Source: a virus
Taxonomy: Duplodnaviria > Caudoviricetes
Reading direction: 5' to 3' (one strand)
IMG/VR virus record: IMGVR_UViG_3300025018_000077
Coordinates: 1-34,811 of that record
DNA: 34,811 nucleotides
Shown: positions 1-9,432 of the stretch, piece by piece
How positions within the stretch are numbered: position 1 is the first letter of the stretch
How the letters are laid out: every line of letters begins with the position of its first letter
Program-made: the position numbers and the translations under genes
The notes under the pieces: model-generated
Databases searched by the model: none
The model's input: the letters and a program-made list of their open reading frames with translations, nothing else
What the model was told of the DNA's origin: nothing

Positions 1-127
1 CTCATATCCAACAAGCTGATAATGAGACGAAAGAACAAACTGCTAGTATGTTTACTTTGTCACACATTGTCTGGTGTCCGCTAGATACTGATATAGAAAT
101 TGGTGATCAGATTGTGGCCACTGGTAC
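1..127. repeat. Terminal direct repeat (copy 1), circular-assembly overlap
   Basis: Bases 1-127 (ctcatatcca...cactggtac) are identical to 34685-34811. 127 nt is a typical assembler k-mer length. Confidence 0.97.
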
Positions 128-203
128 ATATTTTGTCAGAGGAAAAAGAGAAAACAATATTGGAGCTAATCAACACTTAGAACTTTATGTCGAACAAGTA
201 TGA
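1..203 (+). CDS. Head-closure/head-tail joining protein, C-terminal part (gene starts at 34585 and crosses the circular junction; 100 aa)
   Basis: Frame reads HIQQADNETKEQ...WCPLDTDIEIGDQIV...QHLELYVEQV, stop TGA 201-203 overlapping the next ATG. Lies between the head-tail adaptor and the gp10-like gene. Confidence 0.8.
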   Translation, partial: HIQQADNETKEQTASMFTLSHIVWCPLDTDIEIGDQIVATGTYFVRGKRENNIGANQHLELYVEQV

Positions 204-601
204 TAAATGTAAAAATAAGTGGAATGGATGAACTAAAAAAAGTCATCCGCCAAAATCCAGAAGTTGTGAAAAAAGAAGCTAAAGCCTATTTTGTCAGATC
301 ATTAGCAAGTTTGAAAAGTAGCTTAGGACAACAACCTTGGCGGGTGAGTGGAAGTAACGGAGGGGTACCTATAGACACAAAATATTTACGTAAATTTGCT
401 AGTCTTGAAAAAATACAGGACTTCAAAGCTATTATTTTCACTGATACCGATATTGTGCCTTATGGACTTTATGTCCACGAGGGAACCAGAAAAATGAAAG
501 CCAGACCATATTATGAAGCAGCCAAAGAAAAATCACAAAATACTATTAAAAAATATCAAGAAAATTTGATAGATAACGTAGTCAAAGCACTAGCCAAATA
601 A
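200..601 (+). CDS. HK97 gp10-family neck/tail-completion protein
   Basis: PIDT..LR and YGLYVHEGTRKMKARPY motifs; synteny. Confidence 0.85.
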   Translation: MINVKISGMDELKKVIRQNPEVVKKEAKAYFVRSLASLKSSLGQQPWRVSGSNGGVPIDTKYLRKFASLEKIQDFKAIIFTDTDIVPYGLYVHEGTRKMKARPYYEAAKEKSQNTIKKYQENLIDNVVKALAK

Positions 602-605
602 AAAT

Positions 606-1043
606 ATGTTTACAGATATTATCTCAAAAATCAACACAGTATTGCAGGCATTAATAAGTGATAACGAAAAGTATTTGGCTGCAAAATACGATTATCCGGA
701 AGAAAATGTAACAACATATCCGGCGGCCGTATTTTTTCCAGCGAACTTCACGAATCAATATGATAACGTCGCTGAAAATAGAAAGGTCTACACATTTACA
801 ATATTTCTATTACAAGAAATGAACGTACAGACAAAGTCAAACGCTTATACGGTATCAATGCCAGCATTGCTCGACGAGATTATACAAGCCTTTGACGAAA
901 GCTGGAATCAGGGAGCTAGTAGTGACGGAAATAGAATCTGGTGGACTTTGACAAATGGGGCGTGGGTAGAAATTAAAATGCAAAATGGCAATGCCTTGCA
1001 AGCCGAATTGACACTAGAGGTCAAGGTAAATACACAAAATTAA
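606..1043 (+). CDS. Probable tail terminator protein
   Basis: 145 aa, YPAAVF motif, directly upstream of the tail tube gene. Confidence 0.6.
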   Translation: MFTDIISKINTVLQALISDNEKYLAAKYDYPEENVTTYPAAVFFPANFTNQYDNVAENRKVYTFTIFLLQEMNVQTKSNAYTVSMPALLDEIIQAFDESWNQGASSDGNRIWWTLTNGAWVEIKMQNGNALQAELTLEVKVNTQN

Positions 1044-1075
1044 TAAAATATTTTAACAAAGTTAATAATAAATAT

Positions 1076-2065
1076 ATGGAAATATTGGGAAGACAGCTAG
1101 AATGTGGAGTAAGTGTGGAATCAGTGAGAGGTGTCGCTGAATCCGCCGCTTCTGTTTGGCTAAAAAAAATCAGCACGACTGTAGTAGAACGTGCTAACAA
1201 AGTAGTCGACGAGTCAGTGAGAAATGTCATGGCTGATTCACTCGGTAATAGAATCGTCCAAAAATGGATAGAGGGAGATATTGAGGGAAATCTACACGCC
1301 AACGCTATAGGTTATTTGCTTTATTCTTTGTATGGTGCGGTCAGTCCAGCAACTGTAGAAAGTGGGGTATATCGTCACACTTTTAGCGACGCAAACACAA
1401 TATTATATCCGTCTCTTTCATTATTTGCCAAAGACGGGGCAATTTCAAATCTAGTATTTAGCAACGTAATGCTAAACAGTCTTGAAATAAGTGCGGCCGT
1501 AGATGACTATTTGAAAGTCACTGGCTCATTTATGGGCAAAGAATCGGGAGTAAGTACCGACACACCATCATACGAGACAGACTATGATTTTATTGGCAAA
1601 GATATCACTGTAAAATTTGCTGATACAGAAGCCGGTCTAGCTGGAGCAACTGCTGTACAAGCCAAAGACTTAACTGTTACTTGGTCCAAAGATTTGATAA
1701 ACAACTTTGTACTCGGTGCAGAGAAGCCAAGTGACATCCTAGCGTCTAAAATGGCCATTGAGGGCAGTATCACTGTAGATTATGAAGATACTACATATAA
1801 AGCATTGTATCTAGCAGACAGCTACAAATACATGCAAATCACAGTGACTGGATCACAGACAATCGGTGCAGTAAGTCACCCAATTCTACAAATCACACTA
1901 CATAGAGTAGCTATAACAGACTGGAACCGCGAAGATAGTGCCGCCGACCTATCTACTCAACCTATTACTTTCAAGGCTTTTTATAATCAAACAGACAGTA
2001 AACAATCAGAAGTAAAATTGACAAATACTGTAGCTGATTATGAACCAGTAGAAGAAAGTGTCTAG
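1076..2065 (+). CDS. Major tail tube protein
   Basis: 329 aa; N-terminal G.S.ES.RG motif, YRHTF, beta-rich; lies upstream of the chaperone and tape measure genes. Confidence 0.85.
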   Translation: MEILGRQLECGVSVESVRGVAESAASVWLKKISTTVVERANKVVDESVRNVMADSLGNRIVQKWIEGDIEGNLHANAIGYLLYSLYGAVSPATVESGVYRHTFSDANTILYPSLSLFAKDGAISNLVFSNVMLNSLEISAAVDDYLKVTGSFMGKESGVSTDTPSYETDYDFIGKDITVKFADTEAGLAGATAVQAKDLTVTWSKDLINNFVLGAEKPSDILASKMAIEGSITVDYEDTTYKALYLADSYKYMQITVTGSQTIGAVSHPILQITLHRVAITDWNREDSAADLSTQPITFKAFYNQTDSKQSEVKLTNTVADYEPVEESV

Positions 2066-2075
2066 TAAAAATAAA

Positions 2076-2101
2076 AAAGGCGTGGTTTTCGCCACGCCTT
2101 T
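2076..2101. terminator. Hairpin terminator between convergent genes (U-tract on the - strand)
   Basis: AAAGGCGTGG-ttttcg-CCACGCCTTT, preceded by an A-run. Confidence 0.75.
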
Positions 2102-2113
2102 CGTTCTTTAAAA
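2101..2113 (+). promoter_or_regulatory. boxA-like antitermination element
   Basis: TCGTTCTTTAAAA resembles boxA (GCTCTTTAACA) and the two TCGTTCATTA copies at 17844 and 18201. Confidence 0.45.
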
Positions 2114-2114
2114 T

Positions 2115-3128
2115 TTATTTACAAGGTTCATGTAAAGTTCTGTTTGGAAATGCGGACAATAAACTATTTACAGAGTTAAAAGATTTTAAATATTTTGTTG
2201 ATAAATCTTTCCAAGCTAAGTCAGTATCGCAATAATAATATTTTGCAGAGTAATAACTAGAAGTATAGTAGATATTACCAGTGATAATGCTTTCTGTTTT
2301 TTGTTCAGTTTGAACATCAGGAACTTTATTTTCTGTAATTGTATTTACTTTTTCTGTCGTTGTAACATCTGGAGCAGGCTCATCATTGCAAGTATCTTTA
2401 TTCCAAAGACCTAAATTGTTTTCTCTTGCATATTTTTCTGATGATTTGAAATCGGATTGATATTTATAGGGAAGATTATAGGTATATTCATGAGCATATC
2501 CATTTTGGATCATGTATCTATTATAGAAAGTATTATCTTGCAAAAAAACATAAGCCAACAAACGATTATATTTGTCACGTTCACCTTGAGAAGAATCTGT
2601 TTCAATTCTCACTGATTTATTTAGTAGTAATTGAGTAGCTTTGTTTGAGGCTTCAATACCAAAACATTGAACGGGTTTTCTAGGGTCTTTCGTTTCTGGA
2701 GTATCTATACCAATAAGACGTAATCGTTCAACTTTACCATTATAATCTATATCAATAGTATCTCCATCAACGACTTTGACCACCTTAAAATATTGATAAT
2801 TTTCTGACTGTTCTGGCTTTGGTACTTCTAAAGTTTCACTTTGTTTTTGTTCTATTATTGGCTTATTACTTTCAATATCCAAAATTATTGTTTCAGTTGT
2901 ACTCACTATATTTAAAGTAGAAGTATTTGATAATTCATTTATTATTTCATTTTCTGTATTGTCGATATTTTCTTCTTGTACTTGAGTATTTTCTGCTATT
3001 GTTTCACTTTGTTTCAGACTTTCATTTTCAGGTGTTGAGGGAAGAAAAGACACAAAGATAACAAAACCAAAAAACCAGACAAAAACTTTACCTAACTTTG
3101 TAGAATAAATCTTTTTAAATAAATTCAT
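2115..3128 (-). CDS. Membrane-anchored thermonuclease (SNase family), accessory moron
   Basis: VVDGDTI, RLIGIDTPET, RDKYNRLLAYV and GLW motifs; N-terminal hydrophobic helix and acidic linker. Confidence 0.93.
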   Translation of the reverse strand: MNLFKKIYSTKLGKVFVWFFGFVIFVSFLPSTPENESLKQSETIAENTQVQEENIDNTENEIINELSNTSTLNIVSTTETIILDIESNKPIIEQKQSETLEVPKPEQSENYQYFKVVKVVDGDTIDIDYNGKVERLRLIGIDTPETKDPRKPVQCFGIEASNKATQLLLNKSVRIETDSSQGERDKYNRLLAYVFLQDNTFYNRYMIQNGYAHEYTYNLPYKYQSDFKSSEKYARENNLGLWNKDTCNDEPAPDVTTTEKVNTITENKVPDVQTEQKTESIITGNIYYTSSYYSAKYYYCDTDLAWKDLSTKYLKSFNSVNSLLSAFPNRTLHEPCK

Positions 3129-3157
3129 AAATATTTAATATATATAATATAAAATAT

Positions 3158-3490
3158 ATGGAAGTAAAAACAATCAAACACACATCTCCAAGTGGTAAAG
3201 AAGTTGAAGTAAAACAATTTCTTAATGTTTTAGAAAGACGTTCTTTGAGAAGTATTTATTTTGGAGATAGTGGTACTGAGTTAGATGTTGATACAAAAGC
3301 CCCAAAAACAAAGATAACTTCTCAAATGGTTGATAATTTTGAAGATACAACAATCAAACTCTTGGTGACATCCTATGATAATTCTAGTGAAAAAATACTT
3401 GAAAGATTATACGAAGTACCAGAAGATTTTGATTTTGCTTTAGAAATCTCAAACAAAATTGCAAACGGAAATTTAACGAAAGCGAAATAG
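3158..3490 (+). CDS. Tail assembly chaperone (G-like)
   Basis: Lies between tail tube and tape measure genes; ends with slippery heptamer A AAT TTA (3469-3475). Confidence 0.75.
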   Translation: MEVKTIKHTSPSGKEVEVKQFLNVLERRSLRSIYFGDSGTELDVDTKAPKTKITSQMVDNFEDTTIKLLVTSYDNSSEKILERLYEVPEDFDFALEISNKIANGNLTKAK

Positions 3491-3702
3491 AGCATAGCTG
3501 GATACTTTATTTCGCTGGCAAAAACGTTGAGATGACTGACGACATGATAGTTGCTACAATTTGTCGGGAATTCAAATGGACTTATCAAGAGTTTATGGAG
3601 TCACCAGCTGTTTTTATAGACAATGTAATGATAATGATGAGAGCGGAAGCTAAACAAGAGAGAATAAGAGAAAGAATGTCCAAGATGAACTCAAAAAATT
3701 AG
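3469..3702 (+). CDS. Tail assembly chaperone -1 frameshift extension (G-T)
   Basis: The -1 frame is open 3433-3702 (...SEIEHSWILYFAGKNVEMTDDMIVATICREFKWTYQEFMESPAVFIDNV...), with an XXXYYYZ heptamer in the correct phase. Confidence 0.75.
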   Translation, partial: KFNESEIEHSWILYFAGKNVEMTDDMIVATICREFKWTYQEFMESPAVFIDNVMIMMRAEAKQERIRERMSKMNSKN

Positions 3703-3947
3703 CGTTGAGACATTATCAAATCGTAGAGTTTTCTTTTGAGTGATAATCTAATTATAATATCATATTTTTTTCCAGAAGTTGTCCTTATTCTCAATTTTTG
3801 GGTAAGAGGGTTAAACAATTCTATAGAAGAAACTTCCGATAGTGGAATTGAAAATTCTTTGTTCATAAAACCTTTTTTGTAAAAAAGATGATCAGAATAT
3901 AAAATAACCTTAAAACCCAAAAGTGAAGACTCAAATATTTTTTCCAT
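3699..3947 (-). CDS. Small bacterial PH-domain-like protein (moron)
   Basis: Pattern ILY.D.L.YKKG...E.SIPLSEVSSIE...LRIRTTSG; has its own - strand promoter. Confidence 0.6.
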   Translation of the reverse strand: MEKIFESSLLGFKVILYSDHLFYKKGFMNKEFSIPLSEVSSIELFNPLTQKLRIRTTSGKKYDIIIRLSLKRKLYDLIMSQR

Positions 3948-3976
3948 AAAAAATTATATTAAATAAATAACGACTT

Positions 3977-4005
3977 AAATTAGCATAAATAAATTAATTT
4001 GTCAA
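3977..4005 (-). promoter_or_regulatory. Sigma70-type promoter for the PH-like gene
   Basis: - strand TTGACA, 17 bp spacer, TAATTT with TG extension. Confidence 0.5.
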
Positions 4006-4009
4006 GTAT

Positions 4010-6187
4010 ATGGCCGACAGCAGAATTCTACAATTAATTTTAACACTAAAAGATGAAGCTAGCAAATCTTTGAATGAATTTTCAAAAAGGATGGAGACCT
4101 CTGTTGATGCTTCACAAAAAGTCGCAAAAGGCTTATCTCTTGTTAGTTTGGCGACAGTAGCTGTAGGTGGTTTTGCATTTAAAGCAGCTTCCGATTTGCA
4201 ACAAACAAATATTGCCTTTACGACAATGCTTGGTTCGGCTGAAAAAGCACAAAAATTCGTCGAAGAAATGAAAAATTTTGCTAGAACCACACCACTGGAA
4301 ACAAGTGATATCGCACAAGCTTCTCAAACATTACTTGCTTTTGGAATAGACGCAAACAAAGTACTACCTAATCTACGTATGATTGGAGATGTTGCTTTGG
4401 GTGATAAAGAAAAATTCAAAAGTCTGTCTTTGGCTTTTGCACAAGTACAAAGTACTGGTAAATTGATGGGGCAAGATTTATTGCAAATGGTTAATCAAGG
4501 ATTTAACCCTTTACAAATAATGTCTGAACAAACTGGTAAAAGTATGGCCGTTCTAAAAGACGAGATGTCCAAAGGTGCAATATCTGCAGATCAGGTGACA
4601 GAAGCTTTTAAAATTGCCACTAGTGAGGGTAACAGATTTTTTGGTGGAATGGACTCACAATCAAAATCATTTAAAGGAAAGATGTCAACAATTAAAGATG
4701 ATCTAAAACTAATATTAGAGGAAAATATTGGTGGACCTTTGCTAGAGGGTTTTATGAAAATATTACCAACCATCGAAGAATTTATCAAGAAGCTACCAGA
4801 ATTAATAGAAAAAATAAAAAATGTTGGAAAATTTTTTGAAGAACATAAAGTACTTTTATATGTTGTCGCTGGAGCAATTCTCGGTGCTTTGGTTCCTGCA
4901 ATTTGGGCAAGTGTGGTTGCTTTTGCAGGGTTAGCTATTGCTTTGGCTCCTTTCATTATAGGTGGTGCTATTATTGGTGGAATTGTTGCTGGTATCGTTT
5001 GGATCGTAAAAAATTGGGAAATAATTTCTCAAAAAGCAAAAGAAATTTGGGGTGCTATCAGAGATTTTATTGGTGGAGTTTTCACTAAAATAAAAGATTA
5101 TGTCACTACTACAACAGAAAATATAAAAAATTCATTTTTAACTGGTTTAGGGATTATACGCGACTTTTTTGTCAATATTTGGACTAGTATTGTATCTTTT
5201 TTTCAATCTAGTATCCAAAATATAGTATCTATAGCACAATCAATCTGGGGTAGCATAACCGCTGTTTTTAGTGCTGTTTGGGGGGTTATACTTAATATTT
5301 TCAAGTTTAGCATTGCTTTCATTGTAGGTTTTGTGATAGAAGCATTTAATGTTATGGGTATAGACATTGTAAGTGTATTCAATAATGTTGTTACTTGGAT
5401 TAAAGACGCTTGGAATAGTGTTTTAAAATTTACTTCTGAAATACTAACGGCAACCTTTGAATGGATTAAAACTAGACTCAATGAATTTGTATCTCTTTGG
5501 ACTGACGTTTGGAACGCGGTATCAACTTTCTTTGTAAATATTTGGAATACAATGACCACTTTTATCTCTTCTGGTTGGGAGTGGATAAGTAGTCTTTTTA
5601 TGACAGGCTTACAGGTCATTTCAGAATTATGGAATACCGTTTGGACAGCTATATCAACTTTTTTTGGTGGAATATGGACATCTATAAAAGGAACTGTCAG
5701 TGCTGGTTGGGCTTGGATTAAAGAAAAATTTACTACTCTAGCAGATCCAGTCAAAGACGCTTGGAATAATATGTGGCAAGGTGTATCTAATATTACCACA
5801 TCAGTTTTTGAGGGTATTAAAAATACAGTAAAATCAAGTATAAATTGGATAATTGAAAAAATTAATACTTTTATTAGAGCAGCAAACTCACTAGCTCAAT
5901 CAGGTGCAGGGGCTGTTGGTTTGTCTATCCCGAGTATTCCAGAAATTCCAATGCTAGCCAAAGGTGGTATAGTCAATAAACCAACGCTAGCTATGGTTGG
6001 AGAAAATGGACCAGAAGCTGTGATACCTCTTAGCAGAAGAAACAATCCAAATGGATTTGGTATGGGTGGAATCACTATCAATATCACCGGCAATTCAATC
6101 TCAAACTCAATGGACTTGAACAACATAGCTGATCGTGTGAGCGACGCTATCATGAGCAGAATGAGATTATCAGGTCAAATATCATAA
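4010..6187 (+). CDS. Tape measure protein
   Basis: Tape-measure N domain (FARTTPLE, GKLMGQDLLQM), hydrophobic segment, Trp/Phe repeats, C-terminal LAKGGIVNKPTLAMVGENGPEAVIPL. Confidence 0.95.
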   Translation: MADSRILQLILTLKDEASKSLNEFSKRMETSVDASQKVAKGLSLVSLATVAVGGFAFKAASDLQQTNIAFTTMLGSAEKAQKFVEEMKNFARTTPLETSDIAQASQTLLAFGIDANKVLPNLRMIGDVALGDKEKFKSLSLAFAQVQSTGKLMGQDLLQMVNQGFNPLQIMSEQTGKSMAVLKDEMSKGAISADQVTEAFKIATSEGNRFFGGMDSQSKSFKGKMSTIKDDLKLILEENIGGPLLEGFMKILPTIEEFIKKLPELIEKIKNVGKFFEEHKVLLYVVAGAILGALVPAIWASVVAFAGLAIALAPFIIGGAIIGGIVAGIVWIVKNWEIISQKAKEIWGAIRDFIGGVFTKIKDYVTTTTENIKNSFLTGLGIIRDFFVNIWTSIVSFFQSSIQNIVSIAQSIWGSITAVFSAVWGVILNIFKFSIAFIVGFVIEAFNVMGIDIVSVFNNVVTWIKDAWNSVLKFTSEILTATFEWIKTRLNEFVSLWTDVWNAVSTFFVNIWNTMTTFISSGWEWISSLFMTGLQVISELWNTVWTAISTFFGGIWTSIKGTVSAGWAWIKEKFTTLADPVKDAWNNMWQGVSNITTSVFEGIKNTVKSSINWIIEKINTFIRAANSLAQSGAGAVGLSIPSIPEIPMLAKGGIVNKPTLAMVGENGPEAVIPLSRRNNPNGFGMGGITINITGNSISNSMDLNNIADRVSDAIMSRMRLSGQIS

Positions 6188-6191
6188 AATT

Positions 6192-8207
6192 ATGAGACTA
6201 GATATAAATACAACCGACATGACAAACCAAATCGACCAAGAATCACTTGTGGTCGAGAAGAATATAACAAATCAAGTTCACACTGCTAGTTTTAGATACA
6301 CAAAATTTGGCACAAGAACATACTCACCAGAAATCAGCGACGTGGTAGAAGTCTATGACGGAGCAACCAAAATTTTCAAAGGCTTGGTGGTAAAAGTCAA
6401 AGAATACTCACAAGGTCCAGACGGTCTGACTTATAATATCGACTGTGCCAGTTCAGCACATAAATTGACAGCCAGATTATTCTCAGGGGCTTTTATAAAT
6501 AAAACAGTCAAAGAAATTATAGAAGAAGTCGTGACAGAAAGTGCTTCGGAGTTTACCACAAACAACGTAGAGTCAAACTTTTTGATTAAAAATATTGTTT
6601 TTTCTCAATTGCCAGTTTTTGATATTATGAAACGCTTGGCAGATATATTGAGGTATGACTGGTATGTCGACGAAAGCGACGATATCCATTTTTTTGCAAA
6701 ATTTAGTACACCAACACCTTATGATTTGACAGACAGCTCAGGCAATTATGTCTATAAATCCCTAGTGCGTGAAATAGACGGCTCACAAATAGTCAATAAA
6801 GTAATTGTGCGCGGTGGCGAATACAACGGGGCAGAATTGTCAGGTGTAATAACGGTCACCGGCAATGACAGCAATATTTTTTCTTTGCCTTATAAATTCG
6901 CAAATTTGGGTATTGAGCTAGACACTGGCTCGGGATACGTTGCACAGTCTATCGGTATTGATTTTATAAACGACTTTAGTGGGGGATACAACCTTTTATA
7001 CAATTACAATGAAAAATCTATCAGATTTGAAAATAATTTGTCTAATGGTACAAAAATAAGATACACCGGCAATCCAAAACGTCGAGTATTGAGTCTTGAT
7101 ATCGACGAAGCGTCTATCAACGAATATGGCCTAAAAGAACGCTTTATAACCGATACTAGTATTCAGGATCAAGACACTGCTAGAAAAAGAGCAGCCGCCG
7201 AAATAAACACGTACAAAGACGGAGTAGAAGATACTAAATTCAAGACATACACCGCAGGATTGGAAGTTGGAATGTCTATCAATTTGACCTCGACACTACG
7301 AAACACAGCAGAAATAAACTACGTGATAAAAAGGATACGTTTTTCGCCACTTGATTCAAATAATTTCGGTTATGAAGTAGAACTTGTCACCACTAAAAAA
7401 CTAGATTTGATTGATATTTTACAGAAATTGTTACAACCGGACAACGCCTATGACGAACAAAGTATCGCCGAGGTACTCGAAACCGACACAGCGACAATTA
7501 CAATTCAAGAACTCATAGCAGTAGTAGAGCCGGTGACAGATTATTTGACTATTACTATTAACGAAGAAATAGAAGCTGATCCATTAGGTGCTGGGGTAGA
7601 GCCTGTCTGGGTATTGGCTGATTATTTCCCAACTAGTATAACAGATGTGAAGCGTGTGGGATTGCTGGATAGAAGTATGAAAGTTTATAATCCAGTTAGT
7701 ATAGAAATTGTAGATAGTTATTCTGAAAGTAATTTTAATTTATATTCTATTGTTGGTAATACAGTCAAAGCCACTGGTCAAACTTTTACAGCTAAAGATG
7801 GGGTTTTATCTAGCGTAAAATTTTTTATGGGAAAATCTGGTTCTCCAACTGGTAATGCTGTGGCTAAGATATATGCAATAACAGGAACATTAGGAACAGA
7901 CGGAAAACCGACAGGAAGCCCTCTTGCTGTTTCGGACGTATTAGATGTTTCTTCTCTAAGTACAACTCTTCAATTAGTAGAATTAAATTTTAGTGGAATA
8001 AATAAAATAAATTTGTTAGCAATGAATTATTGTATTGATTTAGAATATTCAAATGGAAATTCTTCAAATCATATTAGGTTTGGTATTGACAACTCATCAT
8101 CAAGCCATTCTGGTAATAGGTTCTATTCATTAAACCTCAGCTCTTGGACGTCAACTATATCTGATGATAATATATTTTATGTTTATGAAGAAATAGAAAA
8201 ACCATAA
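6192..8207 (+). CDS. Tail hub/baseplate protein with C-terminal beta-sandwich extension
   Basis: Follows the tape measure gene; WYVD...IHFF, NKVIVRGG and SINEYG motifs typical of tail hub proteins. Confidence 0.7.
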   Translation: MRLDINTTDMTNQIDQESLVVEKNITNQVHTASFRYTKFGTRTYSPEISDVVEVYDGATKIFKGLVVKVKEYSQGPDGLTYNIDCASSAHKLTARLFSGAFINKTVKEIIEEVVTESASEFTTNNVESNFLIKNIVFSQLPVFDIMKRLADILRYDWYVDESDDIHFFAKFSTPTPYDLTDSSGNYVYKSLVREIDGSQIVNKVIVRGGEYNGAELSGVITVTGNDSNIFSLPYKFANLGIELDTGSGYVAQSIGIDFINDFSGGYNLLYNYNEKSIRFENNLSNGTKIRYTGNPKRRVLSLDIDEASINEYGLKERFITDTSIQDQDTARKRAAAEINTYKDGVEDTKFKTYTAGLEVGMSINLTSTLRNTAEINYVIKRIRFSPLDSNNFGYEVELVTTKKLDLIDILQKLLQPDNAYDEQSIAEVLETDTATITIQELIAVVEPVTDYLTITINEEIEADPLGAGVEPVWVLADYFPTSITDVKRVGLLDRSMKVYNPVSIEIVDSYSESNFNLYSIVGNTVKATGQTFTAKDGVLSSVKFFMGKSGSPTGNAVAKIYAITGTLGTDGKPTGSPLAVSDVLDVSSLSTTLQLVELNFSGINKINLLAMNYCIDLEYSNGNSSNHIRFGIDNSSSSHSGNRFYSLNLSSWTSTISDDNIFYVYEEIEKP

Positions 8208-8228
8208 TTCGCACAAAAAAATAAAACG

Positions 8229-8320
8229 TGTTATAATAAATACAAATTTAATTTGCTCGAATAGAGAACTATAGAGCCGAAAAACAAACCATACTATGGG
8301 GCGTTTTCGGCTCTTTTTTT
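8229..8320 (+). promoter_or_regulatory. Structural-operon leader A: extended -10 promoter, antiterminator hairpin and intrinsic terminator
   Basis: TGtTATAAT 8229-8237; GCTC-GA-ATAG-AGAA-CTAT-A-GAGC 8255-8277; AGAGCCGAAAA 8273-8283 pairs with TTTTCGGCTCT 8304-8314, followed by a T-run. Confidence 0.8.
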
Positions 8321-8332
8321 ATTTTAAAAAAT

Positions 8333-8887
8333 ATGCTCAAACAAAAAACAAAAGGCAAAGTAGCCATACAAGAGAACATCCAACAATTCAAAATTTTAGG
8401 AAAACCGACAGCAGAACAACTCGCAAGATTGCGTGATTTTGTACGTGGAAAAATTGGCTTTCACGCTGTCAAAAGTTTTGTCACTGCTTATGAAAGCAAA
8501 TCTAATTTGACAACTCTAGTAGGTAGGGAAGTTCTAACAAGACGTCTTGTCGGTAATACAGTATACAGTGGCGAGATCACACACGGAGCAGTCGGCGACG
8601 GTACACCAGATACAAACGAAAACAGGACATCTCTAGTCAATGAAGTATTCCGCGTTATACCAGCTTCACACGTTTATGAAAACAATGTCGCTTATATAGA
8701 TTTTGTTTTCGCGGCCGACGACGTAGACGGAACTTTTACCGAATTCGCAAACTTTATTGACGGCGAAAATTGGAACGCTGGTGCTGGTGCAGACACAGGC
8801 CGAATGTTCAGTCTTATTGCCACAGGTGGCTGGGCAAAATCCAACGTAGAAAGTTTGTTTGTTTCTTGTAAATACACTTTAGTTTAA
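8333..8887 (+). CDS. Tail/baseplate-associated structural protein
   Basis: NLTT.VGR, ITHGAVGDG, LVNEVFR pattern resembles tail-fibre/collar N-terminal domains. Confidence 0.55.
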   Translation: MLKQKTKGKVAIQENIQQFKILGKPTAEQLARLRDFVRGKIGFHAVKSFVTAYESKSNLTTLVGREVLTRRLVGNTVYSGEITHGAVGDGTPDTNENRTSLVNEVFRVIPASHVYENNVAYIDFVFAADDVDGTFTEFANFIDGENWNAGAGADTGRMFSLIATGGWAKSNVESLFVSCKYTLV

Positions 8888-8892
8888 ATTTT

Positions 8893-9108
8893 ATGCCTTT
8901 AATTGTGACACAAGGAATGGGAGCCGATGACTTACCAGAAAGAGAATATCTTGTCAGACAGGGGCTAGATTTGGACGTACCAGACAACGCAATATCACTG
9001 GCGACAGATACCGATATCAACATAGATATTCAAATAGAAGATACCGAAATTGAAACAGAAAATACAGATATTTCAATAGAAAATAACAACATTAATATTT
9101 CAATATGA
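8893..9108 (+). CDS. Hypothetical acidic protein
   Basis: ORF in operon, overlaps the next start (ATGA). Confidence 0.6.
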   Translation: MPLIVTQGMGADDLPEREYLVRQGLDLDVPDNAISLATDTDINIDIQIEDTEIETENTDISIENNNINISI

Positions 9109-9425
9109 CATTATCAATAAAAAAAGGCGTACGCCTAGAATGGACGGCCACAGTAAAAGATAGTGACGGAAATGCTTTGAATTTGACAAGCTATGACTCA
9201 ATCAAATTCACAATGCAAAAAGACGATGGCACAAAAATCATTGACGAGGCAGTAGCTTCTTTCGTGACAAAAGCCAGTGGTACTGTTACTTATGCTTTTA
9301 CAGACGCTGATGTGGCAAATGCTGGAAAATTCCGAGCATACTTCACACTTTTCAAAGGAACAAGTCCCGCGATTAGACGTTTGTCTTCACCAAGTAATTT
9401 TTTTGTAATAGAAATAAACGAATAA
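9105..9425 (+). CDS. BppU N-terminal-like baseplate protein
   Basis: VKDSDGNALNLT...GTVTY.FT..D...AG.F.A pattern. Confidence 0.6.
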   Translation: MTLSIKKGVRLEWTATVKDSDGNALNLTSYDSIKFTMQKDDGTKIIDEAVASFVTKASGTVTYAFTDADVANAGKFRAYFTLFKGTSPAIRRLSSPSNFFVIEINE

Positions 9426-9432
9426 AATCCGT

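Noticed and set aside
1-127. Biological terminal repeat of the virion DNA
   Set aside because: The length equals a standard assembly k-mer and it falls mid-gene; it is an assembly overlap.
5203-5799. 198-aa - strand ORF, and similar antisense ORFs such as 32660-33202 and 33760-34266
   Set aside because: Shadow frames of well-supported + strand genes, with no motifs.
8206-8233. Second dif-like site (AATTCGCACAA)
   Set aside because: There is no matching TTATGT-type right arm; it is the -35 region of leader A.
8250-8278. Leader A as a self-target of the Cas12a-like guide
   Set aside because: It has 5 mismatches in 25 nt, several in the seed, and the aligned PAM position reads AATT, not TTTV. 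The similarity reflects the shared leader motif.
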